A program made the translations under genes and the position numbers. A DNA stretch of 64,000 nt from Heterodontus francisci (Eukaryota): positions 85,354,109 to 85,418,108 of the forward strand of contig NC_090379.1 of NCBI RefSeq assembly GCF_036365525.1. The letters run 5' to 3'. Positions 12,556-23,639 of this stretch are shown here, one piece after another; position 1 is the first letter of the stretch; the number at the start of each line of letters is the position of its first letter. Below the pieces are notes generated by a model. The model did no database searches. It had not been told where the DNA came from and saw nothing but the letters and a program-made list of their open reading frames with translations.

Positions 12556-13199
12556 TGCTTCTAGACAGAGATACAGATTGAGAGAAAGTCAGCAGCATCC
12601 CTTTAAACATTGAATGATCAGCACAGAGCCAGGTACATAAGAGAAAGAGCAACAAGTGATCAGCAAAGAGACCCAGACAGAGATAGTAACAACCCCAAAC
12701 ACAGTAATCAGCACAGAGGTACAAAGACAGTGCCAGCAACAACTCTTCAACCAAGGAGGAATTAGCAGAAGGAACTAGCCAAAGACAGAGCCAGCAACAG
12801 TGGGATCAGTACACTGACATAGATAGAGCACCAGCAGCTGCCCTTTAAGACAGGAGGGATTAACAGAGCCACAGATAGAGATAGAGCTAGCAGCAATCCA
12901 TAAACACAGACAAAACTGTAGATAAACACAGATAGAGATACAGTCAACAGTAACCGGTAAATATCAGAGGCATCAATACAGCTAGTCAGATGCAGGTAGA
13001 GCTAACAACAACCACAAACAGAATAGGGATCACTACAGAGATACAGATAATTAAGAGCCCATAAACACAGCAAATATCTGTTCAGCACAGACACACATGG
13101 ACAGAACAACCTGAACACAGGCAAGATTAATATACAGAAACACAGATACAGTTGGAACCAGCAGCAACCTCAAACACAGAACTGACAGTAATAAAGAAA

Positions 13200-13580
13200 G
13201 AAAAAAACTTGTATTTATCTAGCCCTATTTCTAAACTTTAGACATCCCAAAGCGCTTCACAACCAATGAAGTACTTTTGAAGTCAATTTACACATTGTAA
13301 GATCCCACAAATAGCAATGAATAAATAACCAGGTAATCATTCTTATTATGGTGTTGGCTGAGGGATAAATGTTAAGCAGGATATTGGAGACTTCCCCTGC
13401 TCCTTAATTAATGGCATGCAATCTTTTATGTTCATCTGTAAGGGCAAAGGAATCTTGATTTAATGTCACATGCACAAAACAACACTTGCAACAGTGCAGC
13501 AAATTATCTGGATTGGAACTTGACCCCACGATACTCTGATCCAGAATCATGAATACTATCAGTGAGCTAAGGCTATCACT
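13200..13580 (-). mobile_element. SINE fragment
   Basis: Reverse-complement match to the SINE family seen at 3105 and 24500 (CCCAAAGCGCTTCAC, GGTGTTGGCTGAGGGATAAAT). Confidence 0.55.
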
Positions 13581-13701
13581 TAAATAGAGGACTGGATCAG
13601 CACAGAGTCACAGATGGAGGTAGAGCCAACTAGTTGGTAAACACAGAAGGGATTAGTACAAATGCCACCTATTACACCCTGGACCTTGAGAAAACCAGAA
13701 A

Positions 13702-14301
13702 TGTTATAGAAGTGGATGGTCCTACCTTGCTGCTGGCTTGCTGTTATGCCAAATTGGATTAATTCTCCAGCTCTGCGAAAAAAATGCATCGATCACCTGG
13801 CAAGCCCGGATGGCATCCTAAGTGATAATATACAGATCCTCATGCTTACCTGAAGTGTGCCCTAGGATCATAAAATTGAGTGTGATTGTGACCTTTGCAG
13901 CCGCTGACTGAGCAGAGGACTGTCGCTACAGATCTTTATTGTCTCGCTGACGAGGTTCAATCTCCTAATTTGCAGTTCCTCAGTAAGACCTCATTGATCT
14001 GTCTACTCTTCGGGGGCGAGGATATTATCCCAGTCTCCTTTCCTCCATCTTCTGCTCTTACCCTATCTCCGTGATAATGACATACAAGGGCACACCCATA
14101 CCTGCTCTCAATGTGGTGGGTGGCGGCCAAATATACTGGTGGTCACACACACACTCAGGAGCAAGTCCAATTTTGTCGAGGTCAAAAGAAAATTGCTCCA
14201 AAAAATAGTTCTTGGCTGAAATCCATGCTGGTAAAACGTCAGGCTCAAAACCGCCTCACTTCTGTCAGTCTCAGCTGATCCCCTTTATTCCACTTCTAAC
14301 A
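13702..14301 (-). mobile_element. Probable solitary LTR (~600 bp)
   Basis: TG...CA ends with inverted termini TGTTATAGAAGTGGA / TCCACTTCTAACA. Minus-strand AATAAA at 13935-13940. G-rich tract (minus GGGGCGGGGGTTGGTA) immediately before the minus-strand start. No TSD seen. Confidence 0.5.
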
Positions 14302-15209
14302 TACCAACCCCCGCCCCGGTGTGCTGTGATTGTAACTTCTGGAAATTCAGGATGCCAAAGCCACTGGCCCTCATTTTAATATAGATTCGCAAAGCACACA
14401 TAGATACAGAGAAAAATGGAGATAGAACCAGCAGCCAGCATAAACACAGAAGGGATCAGCACCAAGCCTGATATATAGATAAGCAGGAATCCCAGGAAGA
14501 AATCAGTACAGCACACACCATCAACCTATTCACAGAGATGGAGCTACCAGCAACCCCAAGAGATGGGGAACAAAATTTTCAGCACAGAGGAAGAGATAAA
14601 GCCACAGGCAACCCATAAACAAAGCAATCAGCAGAGAGTGATCAGCACAGCACACAGCTCCACAGGCTACCAGCAATACAATGCAAGGTCTGAGCAGAAA
14701 TGGCTAGACACCACCAACCCATAAGCAAAGCTGGCGGAGGACGGGCATGGTGCAAGCAATCTGTTAACTAGAAGGAGCAGCAGGGAAGTTTCAACATATA
14801 CAGGCAGAATCACCATCAACCCATAAACAAAGGTGGTTACTGCAAGTATGGGAAAGTCTGTAGGGTTAACATTCTGGATCAAATTAAGGACATTGTTAGT
14901 TCTTTTTCACCCAAACCTACCTTATGATTACCATACAGAGCCACAAGCAGCAACAGCCCATAAAAACAGGCAGCAACAACAAAATGGAACACATTTTGAA
15001 ATCAAAACTGAGCAACTTTCACTCTTGAGATTTAACATGGTCTACCTGTATGTCATGGTTTTATAAATGTCAGCATTAATGAAAAGTTTATGTCATGAAC
15101 ATTGGTATTATTTTGAATGCATCATTATGATTACTTTAAGCATTTGTATTGTGACCGTGCATTGAATAAATGATATTTTTCTGTTTCTCTTTTCATTTGC
15201 TTTTGTTTT

Positions 15210-15632
15210 AATTCTTCCATGGGATGTGGGCATCATTGGCAAGGCCAGCATTTGTCGCCTATCCCTAATTGCCCCTTGACAGCTGAGTGAGTTGCTAGGA
15301 CCATTTCAGAGGGCAGTTAACAGTCAAACACCTTGCTGTGGTTCTGGAATCACATGTAGGCCAGACCAGGTAAAGACAGCAGATTTCCTTCCCTACAGGA
15401 CATTAGTAAACCAGATGGGTTTCTATGACAATTAGTGATAGTTTCATAGTACCCTTACTGAGATCAGCCTTCAATTCCAGATTTTTTTAAAATTAATTGA
15501 CTTTATTAACTATTTGAATTTAAATTTCACCTGCTGCTATGGTGGGATTTGAACCCATGACCCCAGGGTATTAGCCTGGGCCTGCTAGATTACTAGCTCA
15601 GTGACATAACCAATATGCCACCATCTCCCCCT
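15210..15632 (-). mobile_element. tRNA-derived SINE (V-SINE-like)
   Basis: Minus-strand head GGGGAGATGGTGGCATATTGGTTATGTCACTGAGCTAGTAATCTAG...GGGTTCAAATCCCACC (A/B boxes). Body with CCAGACCAGGTAAAGACAGCAGATTTCCTTCCCT. Confidence 0.7.
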
Positions 15633-16346
15633 AAAATGGAGGTAAATTCACATTCAGTCGTGTTGCATTTTGTTCGTGCAATGGTTTATCAAGCTATATA
15701 GTTAGACATTCTAGTTAAATTATCTACATTGTTGTGCACACACATGTTGCAGTACAAAAATTTGTCTAATAGCAGAGGTTGTCATGAACATTATCAAATG
15801 TCAAGGCCTTGGGTTATTTTGTTTTTCTCAAACTTGGAGATGTTGCAAGAGCAAAAATATTGGAAGATTTAGATTTGGAGTGGCTGCCATCCTTCCTGCC
15901 TTAGGTTGGTCTGCTTGACCCCATAGGAAAAGGAATGGGCAGGGAAGATAAACTGATGGACTAATAGGAAGAGAGTCCAGGTGACTTGATACTCTCCAAG
16001 TTTGAGCCACAGCCTATGCATTACCTGTTCATATTGACTTTGGAGCATCCTCCCTTCACCCCAACATTAGCAGCCATGCCCTCAGACACTGAAACCCGAT
16101 GCTCTGGTATTCTCTTCCTAAATCCTTCCACCTCTCTCATCTCCTTTAACTCGCTCCTTAAAGGTCACCTATTTGACCAAGCTTCTGGTCACCATTCCAA
16201 TAGCTCCTTCTTTGGCTCAGCATCCATTTTTTGATAATACCTCTGTGAAGTGCTTTGGTAAATTTTTCTATGTTACAGGCAGTATATAAATGCATATTGT
16301 ATTTGTTGTTGTCATTCTTACCATCGTCATCAACAATACCTCAAAA

Positions 16347-16676
16347 TAAAGGCCTGCTACCTGACCCGAACCCGACGGGACTCGACGCCATGTGTCGGGT
16401 TCGGATTGGGTTGGGTTGCATTTCCGGGTCCAGCATTCGGGCTCGGGTCGGGCTGGGTCAGACACGCTCTATCACAGGTAAGTAGCTCCACTGTTAATTT
16501 AATTTTTGGACTAGAAAGGTGGTTTTGTTACTGTTATTTTAAGCTTGTGCAGATCAGCAACAAAGTGAAAAACGGAAGGTAAGTTAACTGATGGTCGGGT
16601 CGGGTCAGGCTCGGCAAAAAATGGAAGGACTCGGGCTCGGGTCGGGTTTTTGTTTGCAGACCCGAGCAGGCCTTTA
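16347..16676. mobile_element. hAT-superfamily MITE
   Basis: 12-bp TIR TAAAGGCCTGCT / AGCAGGCCTTTA. Perfect 8-bp TSD CCTCAAAA (16339-16346; 16677-16684). Subterminal (T/C)CGGG repeats. Confidence 0.9.
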
Positions 16677-17688
16677 CCTCAAAAGCATTTTGTCCACATT
16701 TGTTGTGGAGAATGAGAGACTCACCTGTACCATAGGGAAGGATTCACTTTCTGAAAATAGAAGGTTTTATGCTAGCCTTGCGCACAACTGTGATATCTGT
16801 ATAAGAGGTTGAACAACCACTAAAATGGAGGTAAATTGACTAATGGCCATTCTTGTCATGGCACTTATGACCACCAAGACCTTCATCTAATAAGGTTGGA
16901 AGTGTAAGGAAAACAAAATATGTTTAAATCTGTGCCTTTGAGGCTAACCATCCTTCCAGTGTTCCTCAGGGACAAATCTGATTCATCTTAAATACATTTC
17001 TTAATGCCCATGCCTCCATCCCACTCCCCATAACTTCCCAAATGAGCATGAGTGAGGAAAAAATGTTTTCCCATACCATTGTCCACACTGCTGTCAAATT
17101 TCTTACAGATAATCCACCCTAGGTGACATATCTAACAGTCCTTCATTATTGTTTCACCCTCTTAAATGCAGGGAAATAACAAAGTGACACAATTTTAACA
17201 GCCCAGCCAAGAACAAGATTTTATCATGTGGAAAATCATGGACACCAATCTCTTACCAATTTGATATGCAATGTAATGATATACAAACATTATGTTACGT
17301 AATTTTCACATTGCTGACCAAGATCACCATCAACTTAGCAATCTCAGATCAACTTGTGGTCCAAAATTGAGGTAAGGGTCTCGAAAAGGTTGCTGGGCTA
17401 AGAATAAAAATCAAACTTCCTGATAAATTTGCAGGGAAAATATTTCCTCCTATAATTACCTTGTTATTTTGCAACAAAATTAAAATGCCTACATTTGATG
17501 TTATGATTTTAATCACAGATGGCAGCCAAACATTAATGGAAAACGAATGATGGTGTAATGAGAAGCTTTTTATGTTGTCTGATGCTAATAGTAAAAATAC
17601 ATAAAATTAAATAACATCAGAATTATTTACACATGAATAGAGATTATAAACTTTACAAGTATAGAGGCTCAAAAGTCCATAAATGGTC

Positions 17689-18140
17689 TCAGTGGTTTGA
17701 CAACTCTTGTTCGGAGAGTTTGCGTCTCAACTGTTGCTGTTTTTTCTGAGGTTTCTCCCTCTCTGCATTCAGTTTCTGTTGCTCTGCCTTCAGCCGGCTA
17801 ATATTCTTTGTTATTTTTCTCAAAATGACCACTTTTGAGGCCTTGTCATTCTTGGAAAGCTCCAGCATCTCATCGCGAAGATCCAACAGACTGTGCTTCA
17901 ACTCAGTCCTCCTCTACTTCTTCAGGACATTGTGTGTCCTTCGCCTCTCCTCATCCTCCATGTCTGAAGGCTCGGGGCTCAAAGTTGAGGAATTGTGGGG
18001 GAAGAGTACTTGGTCTCATGGAGGTACCTGTCCGTTCTGGTTGGTTGTGGTGCTGGCGGTTCTCTAGAGAGCAGAAGTGAAGGCTAGTTGTGCTGTTGCT
18101 GGGTTTCCAGACTGCACCGTTTGATAATGGTCAGACTCTG
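17689..18140 (-). pseudogene. Myc-family C-terminal fragment (Myc box IV, basic-HLH-leucine zipper), disabled
   Basis: LTIIKRCSLETQQQHN* (cf. c-Myc LVLKRCHVSTHQHNY), then after one frameshift SDMEDEERRRTHNVLKK*RRTELKHSLLDLRDEMLELSKNDKASKVVILRKITKNISRLKAEQQKLNAEREKPQKKQQQLRRKLSEQ (cf. [51 protein letters not shown]). Stops at 18084-18086 and 17914-17916. Confidence 0.92.
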
Positions 18141-18174
18141 CAAGCAGGTTCCTGTCCTTGGAGGTTTCCAGTTG

Positions 18175-19217
18175 GCAATGCTCTTGTGGTTAGTTATGAT
18201 GTTGAGGTCCTTACACGCTGGTAGTCCTCCCATTGCTGATCCGCTCGTGTCTACTAGGTAGAGCGTTTATGGTTTCCATGCCAACTTGCCATAGCTGCAC
18301 TGCCGTGTTAGTGTGCCACTGCAAGGGATGGGTGACCGATTATATGCAGATAGCTTGGCAGTTGTCGATTGTAACGTTGACTTCCAATGACTCTGCTACA
18401 TATCTTTGCGGATTCGGACTGGTAGGATATTTGCACTAGTGCTGGTGTCAACCTTGACCTTGAGTGTATGTTTGCCAGCTTTCTTTGAATACATGATGTG
18501 AATAGTGGCGAAAGCTTCCAATTGTTTGACTTCATCAACATGATGTGTCAGGTTCACAATGTGAAACACCTGTTCATCTTCTGTCTGAGTACTTCTCTCT
18601 GAGTCTTGTCTTAGGTCTGCTTTGCTGTGGACCTCATGTATTGGCTTGCGTTTATGCGGGTCTCTGGCACTTTCTTTGCTGCTGTTGCCCTGTTGTCTGT
18701 TTGTTTGCATCTGACTGTGACTTCTGGCTCAGACTTTGGAGCCAGATTTCTTGCATAGGTGGGCCCAGTGTCCTTTTGCACCGCATACCTTGCACAAGTC
18801 ACGAAATGCAGGACATCTACGCTGTGAGTGGGACCAACCACACTTACTACACTGCTTGCTTGTCCTTTCCGACCTGGTTATGGTGCTGATACTGTTGGCT
18901 ACACCTAGTACTTGTAGGTGCTGTTGTCCAGTTACAAAGGCTTCATATTTCTTGCCATCTTCCAGCAGTGCACCATTGCTGTGACCTTTCCTTTTCCCCA
19001 AGAGGTCTTTCTGAAATGCAACAATGGGTGTTGATATGATCATCAGCTCCATTATACAGTCTGACAGCTCAACTTCTGAAAAATTGCACTCATTGACCTT
19101 ACTACAAGATCGACTGACAAATTGGTCTATTGATTCCTGTGGCTGTTGCCTGTAGGACATCAATTCTAGGCAGTGAATTCTAAAATTCACTCTTAATCTG
19201 AGTTGATCTTCCAGCAC
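18175..19217 (-). pseudogene. Decayed Gypsy gag-protease
   Basis: RQQPQESIDQFVSR, CSKCGWSH...CPAFRDLCKVCGAKGHWAHLCKK, VKVDTSTSANILP...KLSAYNRSPIPCSG...LVDTSGSAMGGLPACKDLNII. One frame throughout, with in-frame stops at 18729-18731, 18396-18398 and 18267-18269. Confidence 0.88.
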
Positions 19218-20939
19218 TTTCCATATCTCAAAACAGCTGTTTATTAACAGCTAACAAGTATATACAGTGTCGAGCTAACCATTTACAGGACCTGCCTCTT
19301 GGTGTTAGAGTAGCAAGAGTGAATCTGGCAAGTAATCACGTGACTGCATCCTGGCACATAGCTCATTTGCATACTAAGATCTTAAAGGGACATCACTGTT
19401 AAAGGCAATCACACCAGATGGGACATACACATTTAATTTCTTGGAGGTATGCATCACACTGTTTTTTGAAAGGACCTACTGACCTGGACATGAAATTATC
19501 AGAATTCTCAAGTTAATCAGAATCACTCAGTTTAAGCTACTTCAAGTTTTGAATTCAATTCAGCTGTCAACTCCACTGAAAAGCTTATTTTACATAACAA
19601 TCCTTTTTTCTACTGTTTATAACAATGTCAGTGCCCAGCACCAAGATGCAATATACAGAGAAAACCAAGAATTTATTTGCAATCTTGTAACAAATATGGA
19701 CAGGTCTACACAATGTGGAGGAGGCATTTTTCTGGTTCGACGAGGATCAGCTGTTTTCTTGTTTAATGGAAGGAAAATCAGACAAATTCTTCTATAGGCA
19801 TGCACTCTGACCCATGCTGATTTTCCAGTATTCACTGTGCTGAAGTGATCCAGTATACCTGCTTTGCCAAATAAGAGAACTGTAAATTTCTGATATAAAA
19901 GCCATATTCCCTTCTTTATTATTAATCAACAATTTTTTTCAAAGGTAAGGGTCTCAAGCAATATGGATCAAAGTCAGATTAATAGAGTTGAGGTGTAGAT
20001 CAGCCATGGTGGAGCAGGTTCAAGGGGCTAATGGCCCACTCATGTTCTTGTGTTCCTAAAACACGAGCTGTCTATATTCGATAGTGGGACCATGTTGCCC
20101 TCTTTATCACATTAATAATATAATAAGATGAATTTACCTTATAGTTGAATTTATGGATATAGTATACTTTTGAACCAATGCATTAACAAGAGAACTATGT
20201 GTTCTGATACTACTGTTGATCGCAAAAGCAACTGAATTATAATTTTAATGACAAAAAGCTGCCATTTGAAAAAAAAATCAAGTGAAGCAGCAATTGTGCC
20301 AGCTAAGCAGACTGTAGCTGTTGGCTCTCATCCACTTGCAACCTGCTCCATCTCCTATGTTGCGAATCAGATAGTGATAAATAAAATTGATTAATTATCA
20401 TGTCTATCACTCCAGCTGATCTGCAGAGACATGAGGCCAGGGGGCCTTTCTATATGCCAAATATAGAGCACTGTATCCTGTAAGATCTTTGGAGCACTTT
20501 AAATTACCTTTAAATAAATATAGCACACCAATCCTTCAACTGAATACTTTTGCCCACATGATAGTTTGTCAAAACCTACTTTTAAGAATTTTTGATGGTC
20601 AAATTTGGATTTAAACAATTCCATTCAATCATTTTAGAATGTGACTCATCTGAGCTACCTCTATCAAACAGTGTAACCTTAATGTACAATTATTTTAAGT
20701 CCTGTTTTTCAGTGGATAAATGCAATGTGTGATATGGTATTTATCTATCACAGGGGGCTCAAGTGCAAAACCTTGTCAGTGCTTAGATGTTCACAATCCA
20801 TCTTAATACTCTGGAATCACTTCCTGATTGCTCTTCAGCGACCTCTGCTGGAAAGTGTGAGAACACAATCAGGGTTCAGCTGTGACGTTACTCTTGCCTG
20901 AATTATCTACTAAGACACCTTAGATACCTTAGTAAGAAT

Positions 20940-21195
20940 GGCCAATTGGTGAAGTACTGGAGGGCTGCAATCACCACTGTAACTGTCAGTCACCGTAAAC
21001 TGGTGCATTCTCCATGGCAACGCCTCTACCAATCAGAGTTCACTTGCCAACCAACCAGCACTCTCTTCTCATACAGTATAAAGTTGTTGTTTTCCCTTAC
21101 ATTGGTATTCTTGTGGATTGTCCTGATGAGTGCAAGACAAAAAGCTTCAACAACATGTCTCTATTTTCAGTAATGCTCAAGTACTGTGCTATCTA
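20940..21195 (+). mobile_element. Penelope-like terminal-repeat remnant with a decayed minimal hammerhead motif
   Basis: TTGTC-CTGATGA-GTGCAAGAC-AAAA-AGCT-TC-AACAA at ~21118-21154. Confidence 0.55.
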
Positions 21196-22130
21196 ACGAC
21201 GATTTTTTTTTCAAAAGTCAGTTTCAGTGATTTTAAATCAGGTTGCTCGCAGGTGGAAAACTGAACATCCTTAATAAAAATTCTTTTTTTTGGTGATAAA
21301 CCCATTTTCATCTGTATTGGTGAAACTGTACCAGGTTATCACTTATCACATCAAAGGATACTGTTTAATTGAAAGAAAAATAAAGAAATAAGACCAATTG
21401 CGCTGTTCATTGAAAATGCTACATTTTATGCAAATTGATTTTATTGGACACTCAAACTGTAACCTAATCAGCAGAAAATCTAGTGTATTTTGGATGCAAG
21501 TTCTCGATTGTGCCCAAAGTAGAAAGTCTAGTTCATAATGTTTTGACTTAAATGATCAACGTTTGGGCACAGCCCTTTTCTGCTTCTGATGAGGATTATT
21601 TTATTGCAGTATTTGTGGCACAGCAACATTTCTGGAACATGTTCAACTCCAAATATCGGTTTTATATAATGCTGCATTAAGAATTTTATATTACTGTAGC
21701 AATATTATATTTGTATTGTGATAAACTACGAGACATTTGAATTACTGATAGTAGTTCTGGAACTAGTTGAAGACTGGGACTAGTTAAAGAGAAAGGGCCT
21801 AAAATGTGCTCAAAATTGTATTGGTTATTCCAGTGCCTTTTCTTTAACCAGTCAAGTCAATCAAAATGATTGACCATATGGCGAAATTATAAGATATTAT
21901 ACTGGATACTGGAAAACAAGTAGTAAGTCACTAAAGCAAAACGTTTTAGTAATCATAATTTTTATTTTTCAGAAAAATCAAAGAAGCAAACAGGAAAGAT
22001 ATGTGCAGAAGAAATTACTCTATTATCATCCCAAGTTGATGTCATTGATATTAGATATCTCATCTGCCTTTAACAGAGTAAAGCGCATTGGTCATTGTTT
22101 ACTATAGATATTACTCCAGTTCCTAAAATC

Positions 22131-23639
22131 ATGGGATCAGATCTTTTTAAGAATACATCTCTAAACAGCAATATCTCCAATCAAGAGGCGGGACACGGCC
22201 TTTTGAAAGTAGTATCAATTGCCACCATTACTGCAATAGTAAGCTTGATAACAATAATTGGCAACATTTTAGTCATTGTGTCATTCAAAGTGAACAGCCA
22301 GCTTAAGACTGTGAACAATTATTACTTGTTAAGTCTGGCCTGTGCTGATCTCATCATTGGAGTGTTTTCAATGAATCTCTACACTTCTTATATACTAATA
22401 GGTTACTGGTCGCTAGGAAATTTGACATGTGACCTGTGGCTGGCACTGGATTATGTAGCTAGTAATGCTTCTGTCATGAACTTGCTCCTCATAAGCTTTG
22501 ACAGGTATTTCTCAATCACACGACCTTTGACCTATAGGGCTAAACGTACACCTAAAAGGGCTGGTATAATGATTGGACTTGCTTGGTTAATATCCTTTAT
22601 ATTATGGGCTCCTGCAATTTTATGCTGGCAGTACTTGGTTGGAGAAAGAACAGTTCGTCCAAATGAGTGTCAGATACAATTTTTGTCTGAGCCCATTATT
22701 ACCTTTGGTACAGCAATAGCTGCTTTCTATATTCCTGTGTCGGTGATGACGATATTGTACTGTCGTATCTACAAAGAGACCGAAAGACGCACTAAGGATC
22801 TGGCAGAACTTCAAGGATCAAATCTAGGGTCTGAAAATGAAGTCGCTTCCTCCAGAAAGACTCTGTTGACATCCTGCTTTGGTTGTGAAGGACGCAAGCT
22901 TTGTAACAGGGAAAGATGCCAAGTATCATGGTCTTCTTCAAACATAAGCACAACAGTGACTCTAAGATCCACACACACACCAAATGTCACAGAAGAATGG
23001 TTAAAAAGTGACAAACTGACTTCTTTTGTTAATTATCCAACATCAGAGGATGATGAAAAGCTTACCACAAAATCAGTCTGCTCAGTGTCTCAGGGACAGA
23101 ATCAGAATGATGAGTGTACTGGTGAAGATGACACAAGGATGTCCTTGGAAGATGTTCTTGTAAAAAAACAAATGCAGAAAGATAAAAAATATGTTTCCTA
23201 CAAATGTAATAAATTGGCCGTTAAAAATAGCAGTTTTTCAACAACTCCAGATACAAGTAATGGTTGCACAGAAATAAAAATAACACCTTGTTCATCTGCT
23301 GACCCAAAAGCCCCATTTATGAAAAATCTTGATCAAAACCTTGGAAGTCAGATCACCAAGAGAAAACGTTTGGTTTTGATCAAAGAAAAAAAGGCAGCTC
23401 AGACTCTTAGTGCTATCCTATTAGCTTTCATTATCACCTGGACACCTTACAATATTATGGTATTAGTGTCAACATTCTGTTCAAACTGTATACCACGATC
23501 ACTATGGCATCTTGGATATTGGTTGTGCTATGTCAACAGCACAGTCAACCCCATGTGCTATGCTCTATGTAACAAAACATTCCGTAAGACTTTTAAAATG
23601 TTGTTATTATTTCAATGGAAGCAGAAAAGAACTGAATAA
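22131..23639 (+). CDS. CHRM5: Muscarinic acetylcholine receptor M5 (502 aa, single coding exon)
   Basis: 7TM motifs: [104 protein letters not shown] at 22131 (AAAATCATGG). Upstream acceptor TTTATTTTTCAG ending at 21972. Flanked by AVEN and EMC7 as in other vertebrates. Confidence 0.96.
   Translation: MGSDLFKNTSLNSNISNQEAGHGLLKVVSIATITAIVSLITIIGNILVIVSFKVNSQLKTVNNYYLLSLACADLIIGVFSMNLYTSYILIGYWSLGNLTCDLWLALDYVASNASVMNLLLISFDRYFSITRPLTYRAKRTPKRAGIMIGLAWLISFILWAPAILCWQYLVGERTVRPNECQIQFLSEPIITFGTAIAAFYIPVSVMTILYCRIYKETERRTKDLAELQGSNLGSENEVASSRKTLLTSCFGCEGRKLCNRERCQVSWSSSNISTTVTLRSTHTPNVTEEWLKSDKLTSFVNYPTSEDDEKLTTKSVCSVSQGQNQNDECTGEDDTRMSLEDVLVKKQMQKDKKYVSYKCNKLAVKNSSFSTTPDTSNGCTEIKITPCSSADPKAPFMKNLDQNLGSQITKRKRLVLIKEKKAAQTLSAILLAFIITWTPYNIMVLVSTFCSNCIPRSLWHLGYWLCYVNSTVNPMCYALCNKTFRKTFKMLLLFQWKQKRTE

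Larger units (their letters stand above)
17554..19416 (-). mobile_element. Non-autonomous Gypsy-type LTR retrotransposon carrying a captured Myc fragment
   Basis: TG...CA termini with 5-bp TSD GATGG (17549-17553; 19417-19421). LTR-like end ~19225-19416 with AATAAA (19240-19245). Gag with CCHC knuckles (18729-19217). Retropepsin VKVDTSTSANIL (Asp at 18447-18449). Then Myc sequence. No RT or integrase. Confidence 0.85.

Noticed and set aside
15631-16837. 18-bp direct repeat CTAAAATGGAGGTAAATT at ~15631 and ~16820
   Set aside because: The sequence between is a mixture of unrelated repeats with no element ends matching a TSD; could not be tied to any structure.
17689-18140. Functional host Myc gene exon 3
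   Set aside because: Stops in MBIV and in the basic region, a frameshift, no exon-2 (MBI/MBII) sequence nearby, and it is embedded in a TSD-flanked retroelement.
22095-22130. N-terminal extension of CHRM5 in the ORF track
   Set aside because: Starts at TTG; the first ATG in good context is 22131.
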